Shown here: piece after piece, positions 21,217-31,520 of the stretch | How positions within the stretch are numbered: position 1 is the first letter of the stretch | Layout: each line of letters opens with the position of its first letter | Origin: an uncultured Erysipelotrichaceae bacterium | GTDB lineage: Bacteria; Bacillota_I; Bacilli_A; RF39; UBA660 | DNA length: 64,000 nt | NCBI GenBank assembly: GCA_902773675.1 | Contig: CACYFN010000001.1 | Span: 2,384-66,383 of the forward strand | Reading direction: 5' to 3' | Notes under the pieces: generated by a model | Told to the model about the DNA's origin: nothing | What the model saw: the letters and a program-made list of their open reading frames with translations, nothing else | Database searches by the model: none | Made by a program: the position numbers and the translations under genes

Positions 21217-22050
21217 TTATATATAATGTTTTTGTATTTCTTTTTTATTTTCTTTTTCTAATTCTTTCAAACTCTTTTTAGGAGTAGGCAAATCTTCTGG
21301 CATTGTTCCACCATGACTAGCAATAAAATTTCTAATATCTTTTCCCATATTATAATGAACTTCGTTAGCATTACTTTCACCTTTAATTTTATCATTTTTT
21401 AATTTAGCATCTGTTTGAGTAATCCTAAATAAATTAGCTGCTAATTCCTCACTACCCATATTATCTAATATATCTTTCCTATATCTTAAACCTTTTCTTT
21501 TAGCTATATCATCAGCCGTTTCACCATTATATAATCCTTTATAACCAGCATTATGAAACTTATCAAAATTTTTAACACCTGCATTTTTTGCAGTTTGATT
21601 CAATCTAAAATTTCCCTTTCTAGTCAAATCTCTTTGATAAAATCTTTTCTCATCCCCTGTTAAAGAATTATAATCTTTCTCACTTAATTCTTGTTTTCTA
21701 GTTTGTACTGCAAAATAAGTTTGACCTAAAGCTACTACTTCTTTCCTAGGATCTGAATTTTGAACAATCAGATAACATGCATATCTTGATAAATGATAAT
21801 CAACTATAAATGATTTTCTTCCTTTTCCACTTATTATTGGCTTCCTAACCTCAGGAAAACAATCACAAACATTATTACTACTTTGTTCACATGCAATCAT
21901 TGCTTGCTTAATCACCTTATGAAAATTCTCCCACTTACTATATTCAAGTAATGGCATTAACTCTCTAGCACTCCAGTATTCACCTCCATCCTCATCAATG
22001 TGTTTGATTTGATCAAACATAATTTCATCATAATTTTTTAAAATATTCAT
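21217..22050 (-). CDS. DinD-family protein (277 aa) with a Bro-N-like N-terminal domain
   Basis: Motifs shared with E. coli DinD (WSARELMPLL.Y..W.NF, LSRYACYLIVQN, ALGQTYFAVQTRKQE, NAGYKGLY). Confidence 0.6.
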   Translation of the reverse strand: MNILKNYDEIMFDQIKHIDEDGGEYWSARELMPLLEYSKWENFHKVIKQAMIACEQSSNNVCDCFPEVRKPIISGKGRKSFIVDYHLSRYACYLIVQNSDPRKEVVALGQTYFAVQTRKQELSEKDYNSLTGDEKRFYQRDLTRKGNFRLNQTAKNAGVKNFDKFHNAGYKGLYNGETADDIAKRKGLRYRKDILDNMGSEELAANLFRITQTDAKLKNDKIKGESNANEVHYNMGKDIRNFIASHGGTMPEDLPTPKKSLKELEKENKKEIQKHYI

Positions 22051-22163
22051 AAATCATCCCTTTTCCTGATTCTTTATTAATATTTTCTTTTCTACACAAA
22101 TAGTATAGCATACATATTTTCGTATTTCAAGAAAAAATTAAAAAAAATAATAACTTTTTGTTA

Positions 22164-24710
22164 TTATTTTTTACTTTCTTCTTTTAATTTATATAAAGCA
22201 TTTAATGCTTCTATTGGTGTCATATTCATAATATCAATATTTTCTAACATCTCATCTACTTTAGATTTAGATTCTGACTCAAACAAAGGTAAACTTTCTT
22301 GAATTTTTACTTCTTTTTTAATATTACCTTTTTCATATTGTTCAAGTATAACATTAGCACGTGTTATCAAACTACTAGGTAAATTAGCTAACTTAGCAAC
22401 ATGTATACCATAACTCTTATCAACACTTCCATCTTTAATTTTATGAAGAAATGTTATATTACCATTTTCCTCATAAGCAGATACATGTACATTCTTTAAA
22501 TTTTTTAAAGACTTATCTAAATCAGTTAATTCATGATAATGAGTAGAAAATACCATCTTACATTTAACATTGTCATGAATATACTCAATAATAGCTTGAG
22601 CTAGTGCCATACCATCAAAAGTAGCAGTACCTCTTCCTAATTCATCAAATAATACTAAAGAATTAATAGTAGCATTACTAATAGCATTATTAGCTTCATT
22701 CATTTCTACCATAAAAGTAGATTCACCACTAACTAAATCATCACTAGCTCCAATTCTCGTATAAATAGCATCAAATACCATCATATCACAACTACTAGCA
22801 GGTACAAAACAACCTATCTGAGCCATAATAACAGTAATAGCAAGTTGTCTCATATAAGTACTCTTACCTGCCATATTAGGACCAGTAATTAATAAAATAT
22901 TAGTTTTATCATCCATAACAATATCATTACTTACATATTCATTAGTAATTACCTTTTCAACTACTGCATGACGATTATCTTTAATATTAATCAAGTGTTT
23001 ATCTACTAAATTAGGTCTTACATAATTATTTTCTTCACTAATAGTTGCAAAAGATTGTAAAACATCTACTTCACTAATAACTCTAGCTACACTCTGTAAT
23101 ACAGATATATTTTCTTTAATTTTATTTCTAACCTCAACAAATAAATCATATTCAAGTTCAATAATCTTTTCTTCAGCATTAAGTATCATTGCTTCTTTTT
23201 CTTTAAGTACTGGACTGATATATCTTTCACAATTAGTTAAAGTTTGTTTTCTTTCATATCCATATTCATCCTTAACCTGATTAATCATTCCTTTAGATAC
23301 TTCAATATAATATCCAAATACTTTATTATATCCTACCTTTAGAGTCTTAATACCAGTTTTTTCCTTTTCTGATTTTTCAAAATTAGCAATAAACTCCTTA
23401 CCATTACTCCTCATACTTTTAAGTTCATCTAATTCACTATTATATCCCTCTTTAATTAGATAACCTTCTTTTAAACCAATTGGAGGATTTTCATAAATAC
23501 TATTTTCAAGTAAAGTATATAAATCATCTAAAGTATCAATTGTATTATAATATTTAATACTTCTTAATATATTCTTTATATCAGGTAATACTTTTAATGA
23601 TTTCTTTAACTGTAATAAATCTCTAGCATTAGCATTACCAAAAGCAATTCTACCACTTAATCTTTCCAAATCATATACTTGGTATAATAATTCTTTTAAA
23701 TCTTCTCTTAAAATAAATTCTTCTATTAAAGTATCAACAATATCATATCTTTTATTTATTTCATCTTTATCTATTAAAGGACTTTCAATATAAGTTTTTA
23801 AAAGTCTTGATCCCATAGCAGTCTTAGTTTTATCAAGTAACCATAATAATGAATATTGTCTTTGTTTAAGTCTTAAAGTCTCAACCAACTCTAAATTTCT
23901 CTTAGTATGAATATCCATCTTTAAATAATTCTTATTTTCTTTTATAATAGCTTTCTGTAAATGAGAAAGTAAAATCATCTTAGTATCAGTAATATAAGTA
24001 ATCAAATGCTTAATAGTTTTAATATATCTAAAATCATTAATATCTTCATATATATAATTATAATCATCAATATCCTTAATATCATTACTAATACTAATAA
24101 CTATCTTATATTGATCTTTAAGTATAGAAGATATATTCTTATTTAATGAATCAGTAATAACTACCTCTTGAAGTCCAATACTAACTATTTCACTAATTAA
24201 ATTATTAATATTTAAAGGCACAATAGTAGTATAAATAATACCAGTAGTAATATCCGTATAACAAATACCATAACAATCATCAAATTCCAAAATATTACCA
24301 ATATAATTATAATCATGTTCAGATATAGATTCACTATCCATCTTAGTACCCTTACTTATTATTTGAGTAAGACCACGTTCAACAATACCAGTAGCCTCCT
24401 TAGGATCCTCTAACTGTTCACAAATACCAATACGATATCCTTTTTCCACTAATTTATCAGCATATATATTAATAGCATGATGAGGAACACCACACATAGG
24501 TACTCTTTCTTCTAAACCAGCATTTCTCCCTGTTAAAGCAATCTCTAACTCCTTAGATACTAAAACAGCATCCTCAAAAAAAGCCTCATAAAAATCTCCT
24601 AATCTAAAAAATATAATTATATCAGGATTTTCATCTTTAACTTTTAAATATTGACGCATCATTGGCGTTACTTTATTATAATCTACTTCACTACGCTTCA
24701 ATCTAACCAC
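22164..24710 (-). CDS. mutS: DNA mismatch repair protein MutS
   Basis: N-terminal TPMMRQYL...FFRLGDFYE...PMCGVPHH. Walker A GPNMAGKST. C-terminal HTH. Confidence 0.92.
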   Translation of the reverse strand: MVRLKRSEVDYNKVTPMMRQYLKVKDENPDIIIFFRLGDFYEAFFEDAVLVSKELEIALTGRNAGLEERVPMCGVPHHAINIYADKLVEKGYRIGICEQLEDPKEATGIVERGLTQIISKGTKMDSESISEHDYNYIGNILEFDDCYGICYTDITTGIIYTTIVPLNINNLISEIVSIGLQEVVITDSLNKNISSILKDQYKIVISISNDIKDIDDYNYIYEDINDFRYIKTIKHLITYITDTKMILLSHLQKAIIKENKNYLKMDIHTKRNLELVETLRLKQRQYSLLWLLDKTKTAMGSRLLKTYIESPLIDKDEINKRYDIVDTLIEEFILREDLKELLYQVYDLERLSGRIAFGNANARDLLQLKKSLKVLPDIKNILRSIKYYNTIDTLDDLYTLLENSIYENPPIGLKEGYLIKEGYNSELDELKSMRSNGKEFIANFEKSEKEKTGIKTLKVGYNKVFGYYIEVSKGMINQVKDEYGYERKQTLTNCERYISPVLKEKEAMILNAEEKIIELEYDLFVEVRNKIKENISVLQSVARVISEVDVLQSFATISEENNYVRPNLVDKHLINIKDNRHAVVEKVITNEYVSNDIVMDDKTNILLITGPNMAGKSTYMRQLAITVIMAQIGCFVPASSCDMMVFDAIYTRIGASDDLVSGESTFMVEMNEANNAISNATINSLVLFDELGRGTATFDGMALAQAIIEYIHDNVKCKMVFSTHYHELTDLDKSLKNLKNVHVSAYEENGNITFLHKIKDGSVDKSYGIHVAKLANLPSSLITRANVILEQYEKGNIKKEVKIQESLPLFESESKSKVDEMLENIDIMNMTPIEALNALYKLKEESKK

Positions 24711-24765
24711 CTGTTAAATATTTTAGCAAAACAACATTTAAAAAGCAACTAAATAATATTTACAA

Positions 24766-24790
24766 CAAAAAAAAACGTATTTTCATACGT
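24766..24790 (-). terminator. Weak intrinsic terminator for the upstream 144-aa gene (6-bp ACGTAT stem plus a U-run on the minus strand)
   Basis: ACGTAT-TTTC-ATACGT, preceded by A9 on the plus strand. Confidence 0.35.
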
Positions 24791-24925
24791 CTTCCCATTC
24801 ATTGGCATTATCTGTATTAGTCCTAAAAATCAATTTGACTTAAACCATAATTTATAAACAGTAACACTATTAATATTACCATAAATCACCCTCAAAAGAT
24901 TACTAATACAGGTAATACCAACGAA

Positions 24926-25345
24926 TTATTTTTGTATCATATTAAGTAAATTAATCTTAAACATATCTTTATCAGCATGTTGTTTAGAAACCATTACTCC
25001 TTTATAAGTAACTAATTCCGAAGCATGTCCTTCACTTAAAATTTCAAAAGGTTCAAACTTATCTAACATAACTATTTTATCAGTATTATAAACTATGTAA
25101 TATAATCTAATAGAACCGTGAACCTTTGAAAACATTGCATCAGTAGGTAACTTAAGTTCATAAGTTGTAGTATTATTTTCTTTATTAGTAGCAATAACCT
25201 TACCTAAAAATTTACCCTCTTTAAGCGATGGATAATAATCAAAATATAACTTTTTATAAGCTAACATATTATATTTTTTAATAGAACGTTCTAATTTTTT
25301 AAATTCATTCTCATTAATATAATCAAAAACATATGTATCCTTCAT
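24926..25345 (-). CDS. Hypothetical protein. The likely start is MKDTY, with a GGAGGTGA RBS.
   Basis: Clean ORF with no confident family assignment. Confidence 0.4.
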   Translation of the reverse strand: MKDTYVFDYINENEFKKLERSIKKYNMLAYKKLYFDYYPSLKEGKFLGKVIATNKENNTTTYELKLPTDAMFSKVHGSIRLYYIVYNTDKIVMLDKFEPFEILSEGHASELVTYKGVMVSKQHADKDMFKINLLNMIQK

Positions 25346-25448
25346 TAGTTCACCTCCCATACTCTTCCCCTATTATAAGAATAGCACAATTAAATTTTTT
25401 AGTCAAACAAAAAGTTTTCGTTTCTACAATTTTAAATAAAACTTTACA

Positions 25449-25727
25449 TTATTTGATATTTAATTTAACAATTGTAGTTCCAACATTATTATAAAATAAT
25501 TTATAATCAATTACATTTTTATTATGCTTTAAAGTCTTATGAGTTTGCTCTTTAATCTTACCAGTTCCAACTCCATGTATTATAGAAATTATTTCATTTT
25601 TCATTATAATATTATCTTTGATAAACTCATTAATCTTAATATTAGCATATCCACAATCATATCCATGTAAATCTAACTTAGGTAAATTATCTATAAAAAT
25701 AACATTATTTAATTCCATTAAAAACAT
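25449..25727 (-). CDS. Smr (small MutS-related) domain protein
   Basis: LDLHGY...IIHGVGTGKIK pattern typical of Smr domains. Confidence 0.55.
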   Translation of the reverse strand: MFLMELNNVIFIDNLPKLDLHGYDCGYANIKINEFIKDNIIMKNEIISIIHGVGTGKIKEQTHKTLKHNKNVIDYKLFYNNVGTTIVKLNIK

Positions 25728-26577
25728 CCTCTACATCTTTTAAGCTATATACAGAATTTCTACTCCCTAATTTAGTAACTGACATTCCACCTGCAACATT
25801 AGCAAACTTAAGTATCTTATCCATATCCCATCCCATAGTTAAACCATAAACAAATGCTCCATGAAATATATCACCCGCACCAGTAGAGTCAGTTGGATTT
25901 ATTTTAATAGAAGGAATAACTTTATTATTATAAGCACATCCTTTATCTTCTAAAGTAACAATAACATTATTAAAAGATTTAGAAGCAACATCTAAAGCCT
26001 TAAATAATGAATCATCGTCAATAATTTTAATATTACTAAAATTTTCTAAAAATACCTTAGAACATACTACATAAGTAACTCTCTTACCTAAATTAATAAC
26101 TTCATCATTATTTTTTTCCGCATCCAAAACACTAATACAATTAGGATACTTATCTAATAATTTATTAGCCATATGTGTTTCATATCCATCCATTAAAATA
26201 ATATCTGGATTAATATCCTCATCTATATCACTCATTATATAATCAGTTGGATGATAAGTAAGAGGAGTACGAGACCCATTCTTATCATTTACAATAATAT
26301 AAGAAACAGTAGTCTTACCTCGCATTTCCAAATAAGAAGTATCAACACAAACACTTTCTAATTCCTTTTTAATATGATTACCATAATTATCATCACCAAC
26401 AAGGCCTAAAAATGTAGTATCAATACCCCATTTACCTAATAAATAAGCAGCATTACTAGCCTGTCCTCCACCACATCCTACAATATTTTTTAACCTATTT
26501 TTTGTATTCTCTTCTGGATATTCATCCATATCTAACATAATATCAAAAGTTGCATGTCCTATACATAATACTTTCAT
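25705..26577 (-). CDS. PfkB-family carbohydrate (ribokinase-like) kinase
   Basis: N-terminal GGGQASNAA and C-terminal DSTGAGDIFHGAF motifs. Confidence 0.7.
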   Translation of the reverse strand: MKVLCIGHATFDIMLDMDEYPEENTKNRLKNIVGCGGGQASNAAYLLGKWGIDTTFLGLVGDDNYGNHIKKELESVCVDTSYLEMRGKTTVSYIIVNDKNGSRTPLTYHPTDYIMSDIDEDINPDIILMDGYETHMANKLLDKYPNCISVLDAEKNNDEVINLGKRVTYVVCSKVFLENFSNIKIIDDDSLFKALDVASKSFNNVIVTLEDKGCAYNNKVIPSIKINPTDSTGAGDIFHGAFVYGLTMGWDMDKILKFANVAGGMSVTKLGSRNSVYSLKDVEDVFNGIK

Positions 26578-26625
26578 AAAATCTATCCCCTTTAAAACCG
26601 ATTACATATAAGTATATCACAACTT

Positions 26626-27351
26626 TCATTCAATTGGAACAGATAATGTTTGACTATTCAATCCATTTGCATAATATTCTGGTATATTTCCTTGTACTAA
26701 TTTAATTGCAATAGGAATACTTGAAGTAACTTCTATAGTATCATTCATTATTGGAAGTATAACTTCCAGTTCAACACTTAAATCAACATAAACCTCAATT
26801 AAAGCATTATTAATACCATAATTAGTTATTTTAGTATTAATATTACTAGTAACACTACCTATTAATTCAAACCTAACAGGTATTCTCGGTCCTACATTAG
26901 AAAGTATTGAATTATTAAACATAACACCACTAGGTATTTTATATATAATACCTTTTTTTAAATCATTCATATTATAACTAACAGTAATACTTTCCGGTAA
27001 ATCAAGTAACTCAACTTTACCCTCTTCTAATAACTTTAAATTATAAATAGCTGTATTAGTAGTAACAGTTAAAACTTTATTCACAATAACCGAATTAAGA
27101 TCAATACTAGTAATATTTCCCTTATTATCATTAGTAATAGAAAATAAATTATCCACAGTTAAACTAGAAATTAACTTCTTACCAACCGCATCATTAATAA
27201 TAACAGTAGCCATCTTCTTACACTCACTATTCGCAATTCTTAAAAGAACTGGTCTTATTCTATTATTAAATATCTTAAAGAATAATAAAACTCCAATATA
27301 TATAAGTATAATAATTAAAATAATAACATTACTTTTTTTAATTTTTCTCAT
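26626..27351 (-). CDS. YunB-like (sporulation-associated) membrane-anchored protein
   Basis: N-terminal TM helix, length near 240 aa and a sequence pattern reminiscent of the Spo_YunB family. Assigned from memory of the family. Confidence 0.4.
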   Translation of the reverse strand: MRKIKKSNVIILIIILIYIGVLLFFKIFNNRIRPVLLRIANSECKKMATVIINDAVGKKLISSLTVDNLFSITNDNKGNITSIDLNSVIVNKVLTVTTNTAIYNLKLLEEGKVELLDLPESITVSYNMNDLKKGIIYKIPSGVMFNNSILSNVGPRIPVRFELIGSVTSNINTKITNYGINNALIEVYVDLSVELEVILPIMNDTIEVTSSIPIAIKLVQGNIPEYYANGLNSQTLSVPIE

Positions 27352-27395
27352 ACCATATTTTATGTATTTATATAACTATTTAGTAAATAATAATA

Positions 27396-27848
27396 ATGGT
27401 GAACAAAATGAAAATAAAAGAAATAATGTCTAAAAATATAATAAGTTGTAAATCAAATAATACCATATATGAAATAGCTAATCTTATGAAAAAACATAAT
27501 ATCGGTTTTTTACCTATTATAGATAAATCTTTAAAAGGAGTTATAACAGATCGAGATATAGTTGTAAAATGTCTATCCAATAATGATACCTTTATTTTAC
27601 CTTATATTAATACTAATATAATAAGTATTGAAGAAAATAAAAATATAGAAGATGCATTAGAATTAATGAGTAAAAATAAAATAAAAAGATTAATTATTAC
27701 CAAAGAAAAAGAAATAGTTGGTATCCTATCTCTTTCTGATATTATAAATAATACAAATATAAATACATTAAATACTATAAAAAATATATTTGAACTAAAA
27801 AATAATCAATTAAATAAAAATTCTGAAATTGATGATTTCTATTTATAA
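27396..27848 (+). CDS. CBS-pair domain protein
   Basis: Two CBS repeats (IMSKNIISCK... and GVITDRDIVVK motifs). Confidence 0.7.
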   Translation: MVNKMKIKEIMSKNIISCKSNNTIYEIANLMKKHNIGFLPIIDKSLKGVITDRDIVVKCLSNNDTFILPYINTNIISIEENKNIEDALELMSKNKIKRLIITKEKEIVGILSLSDIINNTNINTLNTIKNIFELKNNQLNKNSEIDDFYL

Positions 27849-30800
27849 TTAATCATTTTTATTTTCAAAAGATAATAAATTTTTAATATCTTTCGCACTT
27901 AATTTAGAAATTAAATTTTCTCCTCTATTATCTCCTTCAATAACCTTATCACTTAATAACTTTTTCTTATTTTGTAATTCTAATATTTTTTCCTCAATAG
28001 TACCAGTAGAAATTAGCTTAATAACTTCTACTTTATTTTTTTGTCCAATTCTATGAGCTCTATCTGTAGCTTGATTTTCAGCTTGAGGATTCCACCAAAT
28101 ATCCAAATGAATTACAACATCCGCACTAGTTAAATTAAGACCAGTTCCACCTGCTTTTAAAGTAATCAAGAAACAATTAGTATCATCGCTATTAAATTTA
28201 TCAACTAACTCCATTCTCTTCTTACTAGGAACACTACCATCAATAACATAACTAGATATTTTATTATTTTTAAACTCTTTCTTAACTAAATCAATAGCCG
28301 TTTTAAAAGTAGAAAATAAAAGTATCTTATGTCCATTATCAATTAACTCTTTAACTACCTTAATTAAATTTTCTATCTTACTACTTTCTTCCTTATAATC
28401 ATCAAACACTAATCTAGGATCAATACATAATTGTCTTAATTTTGTAAGAAGTTGCAAAATCATAAATCTAGCCTTTTCAATTCCTTCACTAGATATAATT
28501 TCATCCATCTCACGTCTTACTCTTAATACTTCAGCAGCATATAATTTTTTCTGCTTATCAGATAAATCAATATATATATTATTTTCAATCTTATCAGGAA
28601 GATCGGATAAAACATCTTGTTTCTTTCTTCTTAAAATAAATGGACTTATTTGTTTATTAAGTAAAGCAAGTAAATTATTAGTAGCATCATCATATTCTTT
28701 AATGCTATATTTTCTATGAAAAGCTTGCTCACTAGCTAAAAATCCTGGCATAATAAAATCAAAAATACTCCATAGTTCAATTGTACTATTTTCAATAGGA
28801 GTACCAGTTAAAGCAATACGACACACACTATTTATTTTTTTAACTACTTTTGTAATACCAGCACTAGGATTCTTAATATTTTGAGCTTCATCAATAATAC
28901 ATACTTTAAAATCCATATTTTTATATATTTCTTCATCTTCACGTAATAATCCATATGAAGTAATATAAATATTAGGATTATCATTTAATAAATGTTCATG
29001 TCTTTTATTCTTAAGTCCAGCAAATACTTGATAACATAAATTTGGAGCAAACTTTTTAAACTCATTTTCCCAGTTATAAACCAAAGAAGTAGGAACAACT
29101 ATCAAAAACTTACTTTCACTATCTTCTTCAATTAATTTCTTTATAAAATAAATAATTTGAATAGATTTACCTAACCCCATCTCATCAGCTAAAATACATC
29201 CAAAACCACATTTATAAATATTATATAACCATTTAACACCAATCTCTTGATAATCTCTTAATATATCTTTCTCTTTCTTAGTTAATTTTAAATTGGTATT
29301 CTTATATTCATTAAAATTATTAATAAATTCATTAAATAAATTATCAGTTTTAATAATATTATAGTTACTTTTAAGAGAATCAATATATAAAGCCCTATAC
29401 TTAGGTATAACCCCATTTTCAATATCATCACTACTCATATTCATAGTATCCATAAAACTATCTAACTCTTTTAAATTATCGTCTTCAATATTAATAATAT
29501 CTCCACTCTTTAATTTAAAATATTTTTTCTTATTTTTAACAGAATCTAAAATAGCATCTAATTCACTAGCTTGAATATTACCTAAATCAAAAGAAAAATT
29601 CATAATATTATCTTTACCTATTGAAAAAGAAGATGTAATACTATTATTCTTAATAATATTAGTATCCTTAATTTTTTGAGAAGTATACACATCATACTTT
29701 TTAGCTAGTTCTTCTAAACCAAAATCCAAGAATTCTCCAATTTTATCAATATCATCAAGAATTATTTTCTTTTTATCAATAATAAATCCTATATTTAATA
29801 CCTCATCAAGAACTTCATCTTCATATTCTTTATCCCTTAATATATTTGATACATCATCAAAATAGTCAATCTCTTCATCATTATATATAAACTTAATATT
29901 ACATACAATATATTTCTTTAAATCAAAATATAACTTACAACTAGGCTTACTAGTAATTATAACCTTATCACTAACACTATCATCTAAAACAATTTGATCT
30001 TTAACAATAGGTAAAATACCCTTAATAAAAGAATCAAGATTACCTTCACTAAATAAAAGTTGTTTAATTTTATTTTCCACCATAATCTTTAATAACTCTC
30101 GATACTTTAAATTTAAATGATATATAATATTATCACATAAAACATATTCACAATCACTAGTTAATACTAAAGCATCACTATTTATATCAATATCAAAATA
30201 ATATTCATTATCCTTTTTCTTTAAATTCATATTAAAAGGAAATTTATCATAAATACCAATTACATTTTTATCATTAAATTTAAAAGGTTTATTTTTAAGC
30301 AACTTCAATAAATTAGCAAAATCTTTATCCGATAAATAACTATTAAGTAAATTAGAATATCTAGCATTTCCCCTTTCATCAAAATAATCATATAAATAAT
30401 CTAGAATTTTCTTATCATCACTACTAAAATAATGTTTATTAGGGTCATACGTAAATAATTTACCAAACTCTACTTTACCATCCAAATCCTTATAACATTC
30501 AAAAAAACTGCCTAATTTATTTCTTACTGAATAAAGTCTATCAGTACCAACCTTTAAAACTAATTGATATCCTCTATACGCAGTTGTAAACTCAATTTCT
30601 AAATTTACTTGCTTTTTAACTTCTCTTTTAATATCCTTAGGTTTAAACTTTTTTAAAATATCTAAAGAAATATTCATAAGTCTTTCCTTAGGATCTAAAT
30701 GAAATATTTCATCTTTATAATTAATTAAACAAGCAGCTAAATGTTTACAACTTCTTGTAGATTTAAATTGTGGACAAGTACAACTTACATTATTAATACT

Positions 30801-31001
30801 TCCTTTAAATCCTTCAATTTTAACTCTATAAATATCATAAGTTCTCTCTGACTCCACATTAAAATTAAAAATATTATTATTACCATTTTGTTCTACACCA
30901 ACAAATTCAATATAATGACTAAAATAAGATCTACCTTTCAAAAAATCAGAATTATTAACAATACTTTTAATTTTTAAAATATCATTATTCACACAAACCA
31001 C
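27849..31001 (-). CDS. SNF2-family helicase with an N-terminal SWIM zinc finger (YwqA/RapA-like)
   Basis: SWIM CxCx(n)CxH (CTCPQF...CKHLAACL). SNF2_N motifs DYQEIGVKWL, LADEMGLGKSIQ, DEAQNIKNP. Helicase C motifs (TGTPIEN, QAxDRAHRIGQ). Confidence 0.8.
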   Translation of the reverse strand: MVCVNNDILKIKSIVNNSDFLKGRSYFSHYIEFVGVEQNGNNNIFNFNVESERTYDIYRVKIEGFKGSINNVSCTCPQFKSTRSCKHLAACLINYKDEIFHLDPKERLMNISLDILKKFKPKDIKREVKKQVNLEIEFTTAYRGYQLVLKVGTDRLYSVRNKLGSFFECYKDLDGKVEFGKLFTYDPNKHYFSSDDKKILDYLYDYFDERGNARYSNLLNSYLSDKDFANLLKLLKNKPFKFNDKNVIGIYDKFPFNMNLKKKDNEYYFDIDINSDALVLTSDCEYVLCDNIIYHLNLKYRELLKIMVENKIKQLLFSEGNLDSFIKGILPIVKDQIVLDDSVSDKVIITSKPSCKLYFDLKKYIVCNIKFIYNDEEIDYFDDVSNILRDKEYEDEVLDEVLNIGFIIDKKKIILDDIDKIGEFLDFGLEELAKKYDVYTSQKIKDTNIIKNNSITSSFSIGKDNIMNFSFDLGNIQASELDAILDSVKNKKKYFKLKSGDIINIEDDNLKELDSFMDTMNMSSDDIENGVIPKYRALYIDSLKSNYNIIKTDNLFNEFINNFNEYKNTNLKLTKKEKDILRDYQEIGVKWLYNIYKCGFGCILADEMGLGKSIQIIYFIKKLIEEDSESKFLIVVPTSLVYNWENEFKKFAPNLCYQVFAGLKNKRHEHLLNDNPNIYITSYGLLREDEEIYKNMDFKVCIIDEAQNIKNPSAGITKVVKKINSVCRIALTGTPIENSTIELWSIFDFIMPGFLASEQAFHRKYSIKEYDDATNNLLALLNKQISPFILRRKKQDVLSDLPDKIENNIYIDLSDKQKKLYAAEVLRVRREMDEIISSEGIEKARFMILQLLTKLRQLCIDPRLVFDDYKEESSKIENLIKVVKELIDNGHKILLFSTFKTAIDLVKKEFKNNKISSYVIDGSVPSKKRMELVDKFNSDDTNCFLITLKAGGTGLNLTSADVVIHLDIWWNPQAENQATDRAHRIGQKNKVEVIKLISTGTIEEKILELQNKKKLLSDKVIEGDNRGENLISKLSAKDIKNLLSFENKND

Positions 31002-31058
31002 CTCAAAAATTCAATTTATTATACATCAAAAATGACTTTTCTACAACCAAAAAAAGAA

Positions 31059-31499
31059 TTATTTATCTAATTCTTCTAATATCCTTTCAATTCCCCGCCA
31101 AGAAAGTAAAGCACATTTTTTCCTATTAGGTTGACGATGAATATCATTATAAACAATAGCTTGCTCTAAAATATCAGCATCATATTCCTCTTCATCAATC
31201 ATCTTTAAAAAATTATTAAGTATATTTTTTGCTTCTTCTTTAGTCTTACCAATAAGAGTTTCAATCATAATAGAAGTAGAACTAGTACATATTGCACACG
31301 CTTCACCATCAAATCTAATATCAGCAATTTTATCTCCATCAAACTTAACCATTAAATTAACTTCATCAATACAACTTTCATTATTCATATTGATAAACTT
31401 ATAACTATCATCATTTATTAATCCTTTATTTTTAGGATTTTGAAAATGTTCAAGTATTATAGTTCTCTTTAAATCATTATCCATATATCCTCCATACAA
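31059..31499 (-). CDS. SufU/NifU-like Fe-S cluster assembly scaffold
   Basis: Conserved Cys triad positions (ESCID, GEACAICTSS, KKCALLSW). Confidence 0.6.
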   Translation of the reverse strand: MYGGYMDNDLKRTIILEHFQNPKNKGLINDDSYKFINMNNESCIDEVNLMVKFDGDKIADIRFDGEACAICTSSTSIMIETLIGKTKEEAKNILNNFLKMIDEEEYDADILEQAIVYNDIHRQPNRKKCALLSWRGIERILEELDK

Positions 31500-31520
31500 A
31501 AAAAGATTTAAAATCTTTTT

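Noticed and set aside
20338-22163. DinD/Bro-N-like genes as evidence of a prophage or mobile element
   Set aside because: No integrase, transposase, repressor, structural phage genes or flanking direct repeats are present. The nearby tRNA-Cys is separated by a housekeeping LCP gene. They are treated as chromosomal SOS-type genes.
24926-25360. 144-aa protein as a RelE/ParE-type toxin
   Set aside because: Only a vague resemblance in secondary-structure pattern. No adjacent small antitoxin ORF. Motifs are not convincing, so it is left as hypothetical.
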